In this document: positions 40,207 through 51,209 of the stretch, piece after piece
How the letters are laid out: the number at the start of each line of letters is the position of its first letter
How positions within the stretch are numbered: the stretch's first letter is position 1
DNA from: Candidatus Nomurabacteria bacterium
GTDB lineage: Bacteria; Patescibacteriota; Minisyncoccia; Phycocordibacterales; UBA9973
Direction of reading: 5' to 3'
DNA length: 64,000 bases
Assembly (NCBI GenBank): GCA_026395995.1
Contig: JAPLXQ010000010.1
Location: 218,179 to 282,178, forward strand
The notes under the pieces: generated by a model
The model's input: the letters and a program-made list of their open reading frames with translations, nothing else
What the model was told of the DNA's origin: nothing
The model's database searches: none
Translations under genes and position numbers: made by a program

Positions 40207-40722
40207 ATGAAACTACTACTTGTTATTAAAGATAAAGATATTTTCCCCAATGAAGTGTCTAAAGAAGATGTAGTTTATAAAATTCGTTCCGCTGTGAAAG
40301 CTATTGTTAAAGATTCACATGGAAAGATTGCATTGGTTGGTACAAAATATAGATTATTGCCTGGTGGTGGAGTTGAAGAAGGAGAGACTTTTGTAAATGC
40401 AGTTAAGAGGGAATGTCGTGAAGAAGTCGGTTGTAATATAGAGATTGATAAAGAAATTGGTTTCACGGAAGAATATAGAGCACAAATTGAAAGACATCAA
40501 CAAACACATTTTTTTCTTGCGCATGTTGTCGGAGAAAAAGGTAAACCAGAAACAACTCAAAATGATGAACAGGGGATAGAAGTTGATTGGTATGAGTTAG
40601 ATTCTGCTATTGCTCTACTCGAGAAAGAAGTAATAGAAATACCATTTTTAAGTTACCATTCATGTTTTAATGTTAGAACTCATTTAGTAATTTTAAGGGA
40701 ATTAAAGAAATTAGCAGAATAA
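40207..40722 (+). CDS. NUDIX hydrolase
   Basis: LPGGGVEEGETFVNAVKRECREEVG. Confidence 0.92.
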   Translation: MKLLLVIKDKDIFPNEVSKEDVVYKIRSAVKAIVKDSHGKIALVGTKYRLLPGGGVEEGETFVNAVKRECREEVGCNIEIDKEIGFTEEYRAQIERHQQTHFFLAHVVGEKGKPETTQNDEQGIEVDWYELDSAIALLEKEVIEIPFLSYHSCFNVRTHLVILRELKKLAE

Positions 40723-40764
40723 ATAAATAAAATCGGCCAGCTATTTAGCTGGCCGATTAAGTAT

Positions 40765-41475
40765 TTATTTTTTTAATTTTTTTTCGTTGAAAAATTCTAT
40801 GAATTTTTCAACGACAGGAATATTACCATTAAGGATTTCATAAATATCTGAACCTCTCAATAACTCATAAGTAATTGTTGGTATATCTCTTTCATAGCCT
40901 GCATATGTGCCAAGGCATCCTGGAGTAGGGTAGCCCATTTCATCACCCCTAGTTATTTTTTTATAAGGTGATACTTCAAACAAGGCATTTGCTAAATCTA
41001 TGACTCCTGTCTCATCTTTACCATTTGCATTGATCTGTGGTTCTTTAAATGAATGTAGGGTCAAGATTGCTTTTGGTTTGTAATTATTAATTAAATAAAT
41101 TAATCCCTGGTTTTCAGGTTCACTACCAGCGAAAGGTCCCGGAGGATAACGCTTGTTGAATGCTTCAGCATTCCAGTCCAGTGTCGGGAGATTCCGATTA
41201 AGGTCAACCCCTTTTCCGTTTGTACGTTGCCCTAAAGCTAGTCCATCAGGATTTGTTCTTGGTACCAATAGTACATTTATATTTGCATATGGAAACCTTA
41301 TTCTCCAAGGTGTTTCAAAATGTTCTGCCAACCAAAGCCCTTCTATTTCGTCACCGTGAACAGTGGCTAAAATTAGAACTAATGGTAAGTTTTGCTTTTT
41401 TCTGTTTTTAAAGTATAATTGTGCAATTAAATTATTATTTAATGCCGACTTTCCGTAAATAATATTTCGTTTCAT
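40765..41475 (-). CDS. M14 zinc carboxypeptidase, murein peptide amidase MpaA-like
   Basis: HGDE, NPDG..RTN..GVDLNRN, SEPE, TLHS, GYPTPG, ITYEL. Confidence 0.85.
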   Translation of the reverse strand: MKRNIIYGKSALNNNLIAQLYFKNRKKQNLPLVLILATVHGDEIEGLWLAEHFETPWRIRFPYANINVLLVPRTNPDGLALGQRTNGKGVDLNRNLPTLDWNAEAFNKRYPPGPFAGSEPENQGLIYLINNYKPKAILTLHSFKEPQINANGKDETGVIDLANALFEVSPYKKITRGDEMGYPTPGCLGTYAGYERDIPTITYELLRGSDIYEILNGNIPVVEKFIEFFNEKKLKK

Positions 41476-41571
41476 TCTCAGTATTTTTAATTGTTTTTCT
41501 TAAAAGTAACATGTTTGTGTATTTGAGTCAAATCGTTTTGTTTTTAAAAATAAAAATGATATAGTTTTGTT

Positions 41572-43341
41572 ATGAAAAAAGAAAAAACATCATGGAATTT
41601 TGGTTTATTATATAAAAATGAAAAAGACCCACAAATCGAAAAAGACATGCAAGAAATAGAAAATCTTTGCGGTAATTTTGAAAAAAAATATAAAAAATTA
41701 GTTTTTATAAAAAATCCATTAATACTTTCTAAGGCTATGGATGATTACGAAAAGCTTTGCGGATCTTTAAATAAAAGTAAACCATGGTGGTATTTTACAT
41801 TACGTAAAGATATAAATGCTATGGATGAAATAGCACAATCAGCAAGTACAAAATTTCAACAAAGAATTACTGTGGCTACAAATAAAATAACTTTTTTTAC
41901 TCTTGAAATAGGAAAAATTCCAGCACAAAAACAAAAATCTTTTCTTGCAAATAAATCTCTTTTAAAATATTCTTATTTTTTGGGGCGTATTTTTGAAACA
42001 GCAAAATATAGTTTATCTGAAAAAGAAGAACAATTAAAAGATTTACTTTCACAGTCTAGTTATGAAATGTGGGTTGATGGACAAGAAAAAGTTTTAAACC
42101 AGCAAACAGTAGAACATAAAGGTAAACAAATTCCTATTTCACAGGCTATGAATATATTGGCAGATTTACCTAAAAAAGATAGAAGGGATCTACATCAATT
42201 GATTTTGAAATCTTTAAAATCAATTAGCTATTTTGCTGAAGCAGAAATGAATGCCATCTGTAATTATAAAAAAGTTAATAGTGATCTTCGTGGTTTTAAA
42301 AAACCATATAGTTCTACTATTCTTGCTTATGAAAATGATGAAAAAACAATTGAGACTCTTGTGAGTACTGTCACAAAAGGTTTTAAAGTTAGTCGTCGTT
42401 TTTACAAACTTCATTCAGAACTTTTAGGTGAAAAACAAATTACACTGGCTGACCGTGGTGTGAAGATAGGAGAAATAAAAAAGAAATTTGATTTTAATAC
42501 TTCTGTTGAAATTGTTTCAAGGGCATTTACTAGTGTTGATAAAAAATATGCAGATATGTTGCATAGTTTTATTTCAAACGAACAGTTTGATGTTTACCCT
42601 AAAAAGGGTAAAAGAGGGGGAGCATATTGTTGGGGTATGGGTTCATTGCCAATATTTGTTTTATTGAATCATTCAGACAATATTAGGTCAGTAGAAACAT
42701 TAGCTCATGAAATGGGTCATGCTATTCATGGTGAGCTCAGTAGAACGCAACCGGTTTTGTATCGTGGGCATCCTATCTCTACCGCTGAAGTTGCTAGTAC
42801 CTTTTTTGAACAAGTTGCTATCAATAGTATGGAATCATTACTTTCAGATGAAGAGAAAATAATTTTTCTTCATAATAAAATAATGGGTGATATCACTACT
42901 ATTTTTAGGCAAATAGCGTTATTTAATTTTGAATGTGAATTACATCAAAAAATTGCTACTGAGGGTCAAGTATCAAAAGAAGAAATATCACGTCTTATGG
43001 CAAAAAATTTAAGATCATATCTCGGTGATTCTGTAAAAGTAGAAGATGAAGATGGGTATTGTTTTGTGAGCTGGTCACATATACGTCGCTTTTTTTATGT
43101 TTATTCATATGCTTATGGACAGCTAATTAGTCGCGCATTATTTGAGAATTGGAAAAAAGACCCAGCATATGCTAAAAAAGTAGAACAATTTTTATCTGCT
43201 GGACGATCAATGAGCCCTAAAGATATTTTTAAATCTATCGGTATAGATACTTCTGATCCAAAGTTTTTTGAAACAGGAATTAAAAGTATTGAAAATGATA
43301 TTAAAAAGCTTGAGCTTCTTGCAAAAAAGTTTAAAAAATAA
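41572..43341 (+). CDS. pepF: M3 family oligoendopeptidase F
   Basis: KRGGAYC, TLAHEMGHAIH, AEVASTFFE, FYVYSYAYG. Confidence 0.9.
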   Translation: MKKEKTSWNFGLLYKNEKDPQIEKDMQEIENLCGNFEKKYKKLVFIKNPLILSKAMDDYEKLCGSLNKSKPWWYFTLRKDINAMDEIAQSASTKFQQRITVATNKITFFTLEIGKIPAQKQKSFLANKSLLKYSYFLGRIFETAKYSLSEKEEQLKDLLSQSSYEMWVDGQEKVLNQQTVEHKGKQIPISQAMNILADLPKKDRRDLHQLILKSLKSISYFAEAEMNAICNYKKVNSDLRGFKKPYSSTILAYENDEKTIETLVSTVTKGFKVSRRFYKLHSELLGEKQITLADRGVKIGEIKKKFDFNTSVEIVSRAFTSVDKKYADMLHSFISNEQFDVYPKKGKRGGAYCWGMGSLPIFVLLNHSDNIRSVETLAHEMGHAIHGELSRTQPVLYRGHPISTAEVASTFFEQVAINSMESLLSDEEKIIFLHNKIMGDITTIFRQIALFNFECELHQKIATEGQVSKEEISRLMAKNLRSYLGDSVKVEDEDGYCFVSWSHIRRFFYVYSYAYGQLISRALFENWKKDPAYAKKVEQFLSAGRSMSPKDIFKSIGIDTSDPKFFETGIKSIENDIKKLELLAKKFKK

Positions 43342-43575
43342 TACTTATTTACTAAAGCAAAAACATAAAAACCTATATTATATAGGTTTTTATGTTTTTG
43401 CTTGACTTTATATTTATATTGTATTAGACTATAATTCTCGTTCATTGAAATATAAATAACTTGCCACCAGAAGAAAGCTTTTTTGGAAGGTTTTCTTCTG
43501 GTGGTGAAATTGACATGGCGTCTTTATTTACTACATCAGAGTAAAAATAAAAACATTAAATTTTTTAAAAAAATT

Positions 43576-44196
43576 ATGGAAGAAGTAGTAGGAGTAGTAG
43601 AACAAAAAAAACCAAGTATTTTAAAAACAATTGGGGTTACAATTAAAAACCCACAATTAGCTTTAAGGGCAATTTCGCTCAGTAAAGTAAAAAGAAAAAA
43701 AGTTTTGGACTTGATCGAACCAAAAGCACGACTAAGAAGCGGTCTGCGTGTTTGTGATCAAAACGATGTCAGGTACAAAACAAGTTTGTCTTGTAATTTC
43801 AGCAATAGTTTAAAAAGAAACTTTGTGATTTATGGAGAAAAAAATGTTGTATATAACATTGTACCAGAAAAACTAACCACATATTGCTTCAAAAAAACAA
43901 AAAATAGGACGGTAATCGATGGTTCTGATTTTGCTTCAGAATTGAAAGGCAAAAAAAATACTGGAATAAAAATCCGGAAATTACTTGTGAAAAATCCTGA
44001 ATTGGTTGATTCAAGATTTAAAACTACTGGTAATGAAGCACTTATCTATTTAATGTTTTTTGATTCAAAAATGCAATCAAAAAAAGATAAATGGATACCT
44101 TCAATGTATATTCATGATGGCGTAGCATATAGCTACGACATAAATATTGAAACATCATTGAATAGCAATTGTATTGCTGTGATCATGAAATCTTAA
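43576..44196 (+). CDS. Hypothetical protein (start ATG 43576)
   Basis: Own promoter, structured leader and terminator. Confidence 0.55.
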   Translation: MEEVVGVVEQKKPSILKTIGVTIKNPQLALRAISLSKVKRKKVLDLIEPKARLRSGLRVCDQNDVRYKTSLSCNFSNSLKRNFVIYGEKNVVYNIVPEKLTTYCFKKTKNRTVIDGSDFASELKGKKNTGIKIRKLLVKNPELVDSRFKTTGNEALIYLMFFDSKMQSKKDKWIPSMYIHDGVAYSYDINIETSLNSNCIAVIMKS

Positions 44197-44292
44197 GTGT
44201 AAGTTATATTGGCTACACTTAAAAGCCTCGCAAATTGCGGGGCTTTTTTATTGTCAAAATTTATTTGACTTGTCTGTCTCTATTTAGTATAA

Positions 44293-45654
<1,362 letters not shown>

Positions 45655-45740
45655 GTTATTGCCCGGCGATTATATAATCGCCGGGCAATTTTATTTTGAA
45701 TTTTTTTTAAAATAGAGTAGTATTTTACTGTAGTTGATAT

Positions 45741-45812
45741 GCCATCGTAGCTTAGTGGTAAAGCACTCCCTTGGTAAAGGAGAGAGCGTGAGTCCGATTC
45801 TCACCGATGGCT
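45741..45812 (+). tRNA. tRNA-Thr(GGT)
   Basis: GCCATCG/CGATGGC, loop TT-GGT-AA; T-loop TCCGATT. Confidence 0.9.
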
Positions 45813-45852
45813 CATTTAAAGTTTTTTAAATATTATCTGTTATAATAAAAAG

Positions 45853-46377
45853 ATGATATATAATATACACCCAATTTTTGTGCATTTTCCAATCGCTTTA
45901 TTATTCATTTATTCAGTTATTAAAATTCTACCATTTAAAAAATGGCTACCATTAATATCTTGGATACAAATAGAAAGAGCTTTATTATTTTTTGGTGTCT
46001 TGGGAGCTTTTGCTGCTTTGGGTACAGGTGAACTAGGTGAAAAATTATATCGTTCAAAACGTCAGTTGATTGAAATACATTCTGTCTTTGCTGGTATCGC
46101 TACTTGGGTGTACGTAGCACTTTTAGTAGGAGAAATTCTTTTTATTTTAAATAATTCGTATCCAGATTTAGTTCAAAAGATAAAGTCAGAAAAAATAAAA
46201 ACTATTTTAGTTAAATTAGAAAAATTTCTATGTGCTGAGACTTTTTCTAAAATTCTAGCTCTTTTAGGGTTTGTAGCTATTTTTGTAACAGGAATTTTGG
46301 GTGGAGCAATAGTCTATGGCTCTACAGCTGACCCTGTAGCTGGTCTTCTTTTAAAATTGTTTGGTATTAATTTATAA
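45853..46377 (+). CDS. DUF2231-like membrane protein
   Basis: IHPIFVHFPIAL N-terminus, four TMs, TG.LGG..VY. Confidence 0.75.
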   Translation: MIYNIHPIFVHFPIALLFIYSVIKILPFKKWLPLISWIQIERALLFFGVLGAFAALGTGELGEKLYRSKRQLIEIHSVFAGIATWVYVALLVGEILFILNNSYPDLVQKIKSEKIKTILVKLEKFLCAETFSKILALLGFVAIFVTGILGGAIVYGSTADPVAGLLLKLFGINL

Positions 46378-47031
46378 TTAATACGTTACTCCTGGAATTA
46401 CAAAAAATCCATAAAGGACGACAGCAAAATTTATTATTGAATGACTGATAATAATCAGTGGTAAACTCGGATATCTCATATACATAATAGCGAAGCCAAG
46501 ACCGCCGACAAAAGCGAGAGGTAGGCCTATTAGTGGATTTGGAAAAATAGAATGTAAGAACATAAAAATCAAAGCGTTCACAATGACTACAATCCAAGGC
46601 TTGGAAATTAATTTTCCAAGAGCGGGGATTAGGTATCCACGATAGCCGACTTCTTGAAAAAGAGAAACAATAAAAAATCCATAAAGAAAATGGCTATGAC
46701 GCCACCAATTGGCGACTTCTTCATTACCAATTTTTTCACCAAAGAATGATATAAATACCACTGTGGCTAATGTAAATATTGTGTAAGGTATAATAAATTT
46801 TTTAATACGATAATTACTAATACCGAGCATTATAAAAGTCCATTTTTCAGCTATAAGTACTATAAATAAAAGACTGACTAAAATTACTAAAATATAGATT
46901 CTTTGATTAAGTGAAATTATTCCTATATCAATAAATAAAACTGGTAAAATAAAAACAATAAAAATTTGAGCAATGAGCTCTCTTTTGCTTGTTTTGATAT
47001 TTTCTATCATATATTGGATTTGATCGTTCAT
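46378..47031 (-). CDS. CPBP/Abi family intramembrane protease
   Basis: QEVGYRGY, FMFLH, HSIIN motifs. Confidence 0.8.
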   Translation of the reverse strand: MNDQIQYMIENIKTSKRELIAQIFIVFILPVLFIDIGIISLNQRIYILVILVSLLFIVLIAEKWTFIMLGISNYRIKKFIIPYTIFTLATVVFISFFGEKIGNEEVANWWRHSHFLYGFFIVSLFQEVGYRGYLIPALGKLISKPWIVVIVNALIFMFLHSIFPNPLIGLPLAFVGGLGFAIMYMRYPSLPLIIISHSIINFAVVLYGFFVIPGVTY

Positions 47032-47057
47032 AGTGATATAGTACCATAATATCGTTA

Positions 47058-47128
47058 GCCGATATAGTTCAGTGGTAGAACATTGCTTTCGTAAAGCAGT
47101 AACGTGGGTCCGATTCCCACTTTCGGCT
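47058..47128 (+). tRNA. tRNA-Thr(CGT)
   Basis: GCCGATA/TTTCGGC (one mismatch), loop TT-CGT-AA; T-loop TCCGATT. Confidence 0.85.
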
Positions 47129-47149
47129 CTAAAATGTTAGAATTCTTTT

Positions 47150-48037
47150 ATGCTAGAAGACACAAATCAAATTGAGCAAAAAATAAAAGAATTGGAGGAA
47201 AAAATGATCCTTCCAGATTTTTGGTCTGACAAGGTACAAGCTCAGTCTATAATAAAACACCTGGCGGAACTTAAAGATAAAAAAGAAGGTCTTGGTAAGT
47301 ACGACAAAGGTTCAGCAATTATTTCTATTTTCTCTGGAGCAGGAGGGGATGATGCTGAAGATTTTTCCAATATTCTTTTTGAAATGTATATGAAGTATGC
47401 CAAGCGTATTGGTTTTGGAATTACCTTTATTGATGAACATAAAAACGATCATGGGGGATACAGAAATGTTTCTTTTGAAATTTCTGGTAAGGGGGCATAT
47501 GGTAAATTGAAAAATGAATCGGGTGTACATCGGCTCGTGCGCATTTCACCATTCAATGCAAAAAAAATGCGTCACACTTCTTTTTCATTGGTAGAAGTTT
47601 TGCCAAAGTTTTCAAAAATGGATGAAAAAGATTTTGTCATACCGGAAGCTGATTTAAAAATAGAATTTGCTCGTGCGGGTGGTCCAGGAGGACAAAATGT
47701 GAACAAGCGTGAGACAGCAGTGCGCATAGTCCATACTCCGACAGGTCTCGCGGTGCATGCCTCTGGAGAGCGAAGCCAAGAACAAAATCGTGAACAAGCT
47801 ATGAGTATTCTTTGTGCCAAGATTTTCAAGAAAGCTCAAGAAGAAAAAAAGACTTTTGAAGAAAGTATGAAAATTTCTAAAGGGACAGAAATAGAATGGG
47901 GAAGTCAGATTCGTTCTTATGTCCTTCATCCATACAAAATGGTCAAAGACCATCGCACTGACGCTGAGACCTCAAATGTAGATGCTGTCCTCGAAGGTGA
48001 TTTAGATATTTTCATTGAAGCGGAAAAGAATCTGTAA
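47150..48037 (+). CDS. prfB: Peptide chain release factor 2 (short domain 1, no frameshift site)
   Basis: [11 protein letters not shown] (RF2 SPF), [17 protein letters not shown]. Confidence 0.93.
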   Translation: MLEDTNQIEQKIKELEEKMILPDFWSDKVQAQSIIKHLAELKDKKEGLGKYDKGSAIISIFSGAGGDDAEDFSNILFEMYMKYAKRIGFGITFIDEHKNDHGGYRNVSFEISGKGAYGKLKNESGVHRLVRISPFNAKKMRHTSFSLVEVLPKFSKMDEKDFVIPEADLKIEFARAGGPGGQNVNKRETAVRIVHTPTGLAVHASGERSQEQNREQAMSILCAKIFKKAQEEKKTFEESMKISKGTEIEWGSQIRSYVLHPYKMVKDHRTDAETSNVDAVLEGDLDIFIEAEKNL

Positions 48038-48221
48038 AATAGACTCATTTTAAATCTTGACTTTTTACTAGTATAGTGCTATACTATATGAGAGGTAAGG
48101 TTCTTTGAAAATATGGTCGTTTTGGGCTTGTTGTTTAGTTTTAGGAATTCTGATTTTTCTTGAATTCTTGGAACTAAACAATAAAAACAAAATAATCAAA
48201 AATAAATAAACAAACTTTAAA

Positions 48222-48878
48222 ATGGGAAAAACAATCAACATAGCAGATTTCAAAAAATTTCTGACTATCAACGGTATCACCGATCTCTCTGAAAATCAAA
48301 TGGAAAAATTGGCTAAAGATTCTTTTGAATCAGCTGATGATTTACAATTTTTTAAAAAATTCGGAAGACCAAGAATACGAATCAAACAGACACAATTTTC
48401 TTCTATTGAAGAAATAATAGAGGTAGGAGGACTCAACGATGGCTACTATTTACATGTGGTCGAGAACGAATTTAGCCGCAAAAAAATTTTTGCCCCAGTA
48501 ACAAATACCAATGAAGAAGAGTTGGTATTATATTGGGAAGGCGAAGGTAAGGTAATTCCTCCAGGTGGTGCTGATATTTATAAATATTTCAAATCGAAAG
48601 GTTTTGAAGTTATTGAAAAAGCTCATCCGTCACTTTTGATTAATGCAATATGGGTTCTTACCGAAGCAAAGTTAAGAGAAATAGGAATTCCAAGTAACGT
48701 GAGGATTGTTCTTCCAATAGAAGAAGATTCTTTGCTTTCTATCAAGGATCGTGGCTTGAATTACGTGAGTGTTGACCGTTATGATGGTAAACGCAGATTT
48801 GAATTTAACTGTTGTGGTGTCTACTGGAGTGGTCGCTCAGCCTTTCTTCTCCGTAAGATTAAACCTTTAGAAGTTTAA
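48222..48878 (+). CDS. Hypothetical protein
   Basis: 218-aa ORF with own promoter (TTGACT at 48057, TGCTATACT) and terminator. Confidence 0.55.
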   Translation: MGKTINIADFKKFLTINGITDLSENQMEKLAKDSFESADDLQFFKKFGRPRIRIKQTQFSSIEEIIEVGGLNDGYYLHVVENEFSRKKIFAPVTNTNEEELVLYWEGEGKVIPPGGADIYKYFKSKGFEVIEKAHPSLLINAIWVLTEAKLREIGIPSNVRIVLPIEEDSLLSIKDRGLNYVSVDRYDGKRRFEFNCCGVYWSGRSAFLLRKIKPLEV

Positions 48879-49011
48879 TGTTTGTTTAATTAATTATTAT
48901 TTAATCCCTTAAGCTCTAAAGAGTTTAAGGGATTTTATTTTGCGCGCATTGACTTAACCAGTTTTTAGCAGTAAAGTAAAGAAAATATACATACATTAAA
49001 AACTAAAGGAA

Positions 49012-49400
49012 ATGGAACCAAAGTATGGTGATAATTCAATTATCATATCTGGAAAATACAAGTTTACTCTTGTTAAAAATCTTCCAGTAAAATATTTATT
49101 GGATGTTTACGATGGAAGAATTAGTCATGATAAACGATTAACAGCTTATGTAAAAGAAAATATTGAAAAAATTAAAGCCAGATTAAATGGCAAAAAAGTT
49201 GTTGAAAAAAATGTGACAAGATTGCTTATATATCGAGAGAAGAAGCCAGATTTAATTTAAAAAGAATAAGAGAAATGGAAGAGCAGGTTCACAAAAAACC
49301 AATACGTTCATATGAGTGTGAAAAATGCAGTGCTTGGCATTTAACCTCAATGCCATATGAAGTCTGGAAAGAATTAGAAAAAAATCAAAAAAATAAATAA
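49012..49400 (+). pseudogene. Frameshifted gene; the -1 frame encodes a C-terminal Zn-finger-like domain
   Basis: ORF 49012-49260; after the A7 run (49205-49211) the -1 frame reads CDKIAY..EEA..PIRSYECEKCSAWHLTS to TAA 49400. Confidence 0.65.
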
Positions 49401-49463
49401 TATATTAACCCCCTTGTTCGCTGTTATGGCGACTTGGGGGTTTTAATTTATTTAATTTTTCAA

Positions 49464-49496
49464 ACCCCACAGGATAATCCTGTGGGGTAAGTTCAA
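49464..49496 (+). mobile_element. IS200/IS605-type end remnant (hairpin + TTCA)
   Basis: ACCCCACAGG-ATAAT-CCTGTGGGGT followed by AAGTTCA; no tnpA or tnpB nearby. Confidence 0.4.
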
Positions 49497-49633
49497 TCTA
49501 CGCTATAGCTGAGATGTAAAATATCTCACTTTCTGCTATCGCTAGGACTGGTGAGTGTTTTAATTATAATCTTTACTTATATATTTTTTGGTGGTAAGGT
49601 AAAGAAAATAAATCTTACATTAAAAACTAAAAA

Positions 49634-50413
49634 ATGACACAAGAAAATATAAGTATTTTGAAAAATACCACCTCAGAACAGTGGCACAGCTGGATCTCTG
49701 ATAAGTTAAATGGAAATTTTGTTTATCCTGCTTTTGATACTGATATTGCTGATGGGCTTGGATATATATTTACCCAATTTAAATCAGCAGAAATTTCTTC
49801 TGAGCAATATCAAAAAGCCTTGTTTAAAAAATTGCTTGAGATATTAAAAGATAAAAAAGAAATATCAGAGAAGAAGATGGAATACATAAAAAGATTAATG
49901 ACGGCCACTGGTTGTATTAATGAAGTTCTGGTAGTGGATGAGCTGATTGAAATATTTCTAACAAAAGAATACGAAGATATAATCTTGCCTCCATATGATG
50001 ACTTTAGCGATGATTTAAAATCATTAGTTTTAAATAGATTGGCGCGTAGCAATATAAACAATGAACAAATATTAAACAATATAGACAATTATTGTTTGAA
50101 GTCCCTTGTTAAATATTTATATAAAAATTCACAGTTCTGTGGTGAATATTTAAGATTCACTCGTTTGAAATATGGTATAGATAAGTTTTTTGATAGATTT
50201 CTTCTTGTTGTAGATGATGAGAACTTTTCAAAATCTATGAAGTCTATGTTAATAGACCAAATGGAAGAATGTAAATTTTGGAATAAAGATACTTTTCAGC
50301 AAACTTTTGATGATCATTTGCCAAATTTAAAATTAAATTGTTATTTTGAGTCACCTAAATTTGTTGATGAGTTAATATTTAGAATGAATAATTATAATTC
50401 ATTTGCTAAATAA
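49634..50413 (+). CDS. Hypothetical alpha-helical protein
   Basis: 259-aa ORF; shares leader and terminator with the 49012 gene. Confidence 0.55.
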   Translation: MTQENISILKNTTSEQWHSWISDKLNGNFVYPAFDTDIADGLGYIFTQFKSAEISSEQYQKALFKKLLEILKDKKEISEKKMEYIKRLMTATGCINEVLVVDELIEIFLTKEYEDIILPPYDDFSDDLKSLVLNRLARSNINNEQILNNIDNYCLKSLVKYLYKNSQFCGEYLRFTRLKYGIDKFFDRFLLVVDDENFSKSMKSMLIDQMEECKFWNKDTFQQTFDDHLPNLKLNCYFESPKFVDELIFRMNNYNSFAK

Positions 50414-50516
50414 TAATATTAACCTCCTTGTTCGCTTTTATAGCGGGCTCGGGGGTTTTATTTTGTCTTCTTGTCTTAAATTTTTGTTTTCTGATATAAT
50501 AGATGGATATTCTATT

Positions 50517-51197
50517 ATGATTAATTTCAATAATGTTTCAAAAGTGTATAGTCAAGATTCTGTGGCATTACGAGATGTGAATTTTTCAGTCTCCGCAGGT
50601 GAATTCATATCTGTCGTTGGACATTCTGGTGCTGGAAAGAGTACTTTAATTAAAATGGTATTAGCCGATGAAAAACCAACAGAAGGTACAGTCTTTTTTG
50701 AATCTGTTGATATCCACAAACTAGGAAATAAAGAACTCACAAAGCTTCGCCGAAGAATTGGAGCTGTTTTTCAGGATTTTCGTCTTTTGCCAAACAAAAC
50801 TGCTTATGAAAACATAGCTTTTGCTATGGAAGCCTCTGGAAAAACTGATGAAGAAATAGCTAGTGATGTGCCTCATGTGCTAGAACTTGTCGATTTGACC
50901 AATAGATTGAGCCATTTTCCACACCAAATGTCTGGTGGAGAAAAACAACGCCTTGCTATTGCTCGCGCTATTATCAACCAGCCTGAATTAATCATTGCCG
51001 ATGAACCGACAGGTAATCTGGATCCTGTGAATGCTTTTGAAGTGATACAAATTTTGAAAAAGATAAATGATCTGGGTACAACGGTTATTTTGACTACTCA
51101 CAATAGGGGCGTAGTCGAATCCATCGGCAAACGTGTCATTACAATGGAAAAAGGTAAAATAATTAGAGATGATAAAGATGGTAAGTATGTGATATAA
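50517..51197 (+). CDS. ftsE: Cell division ATP-binding protein FtsE (start ATG 50517)
   Basis: [33 protein letters not shown]; next to ftsX. Confidence 0.93.
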   Translation: MINFNNVSKVYSQDSVALRDVNFSVSAGEFISVVGHSGAGKSTLIKMVLADEKPTEGTVFFESVDIHKLGNKELTKLRRRIGAVFQDFRLLPNKTAYENIAFAMEASGKTDEEIASDVPHVLELVDLTNRLSHFPHQMSGGEKQRLAIARAIINQPELIIADEPTGNLDPVNAFEVIQILKKINDLGTTVILTTHNRGVVESIGKRVITMEKGKIIRDDKDGKYVI

Positions 51198-51209
51198 TAA
51201 AAATAAATT

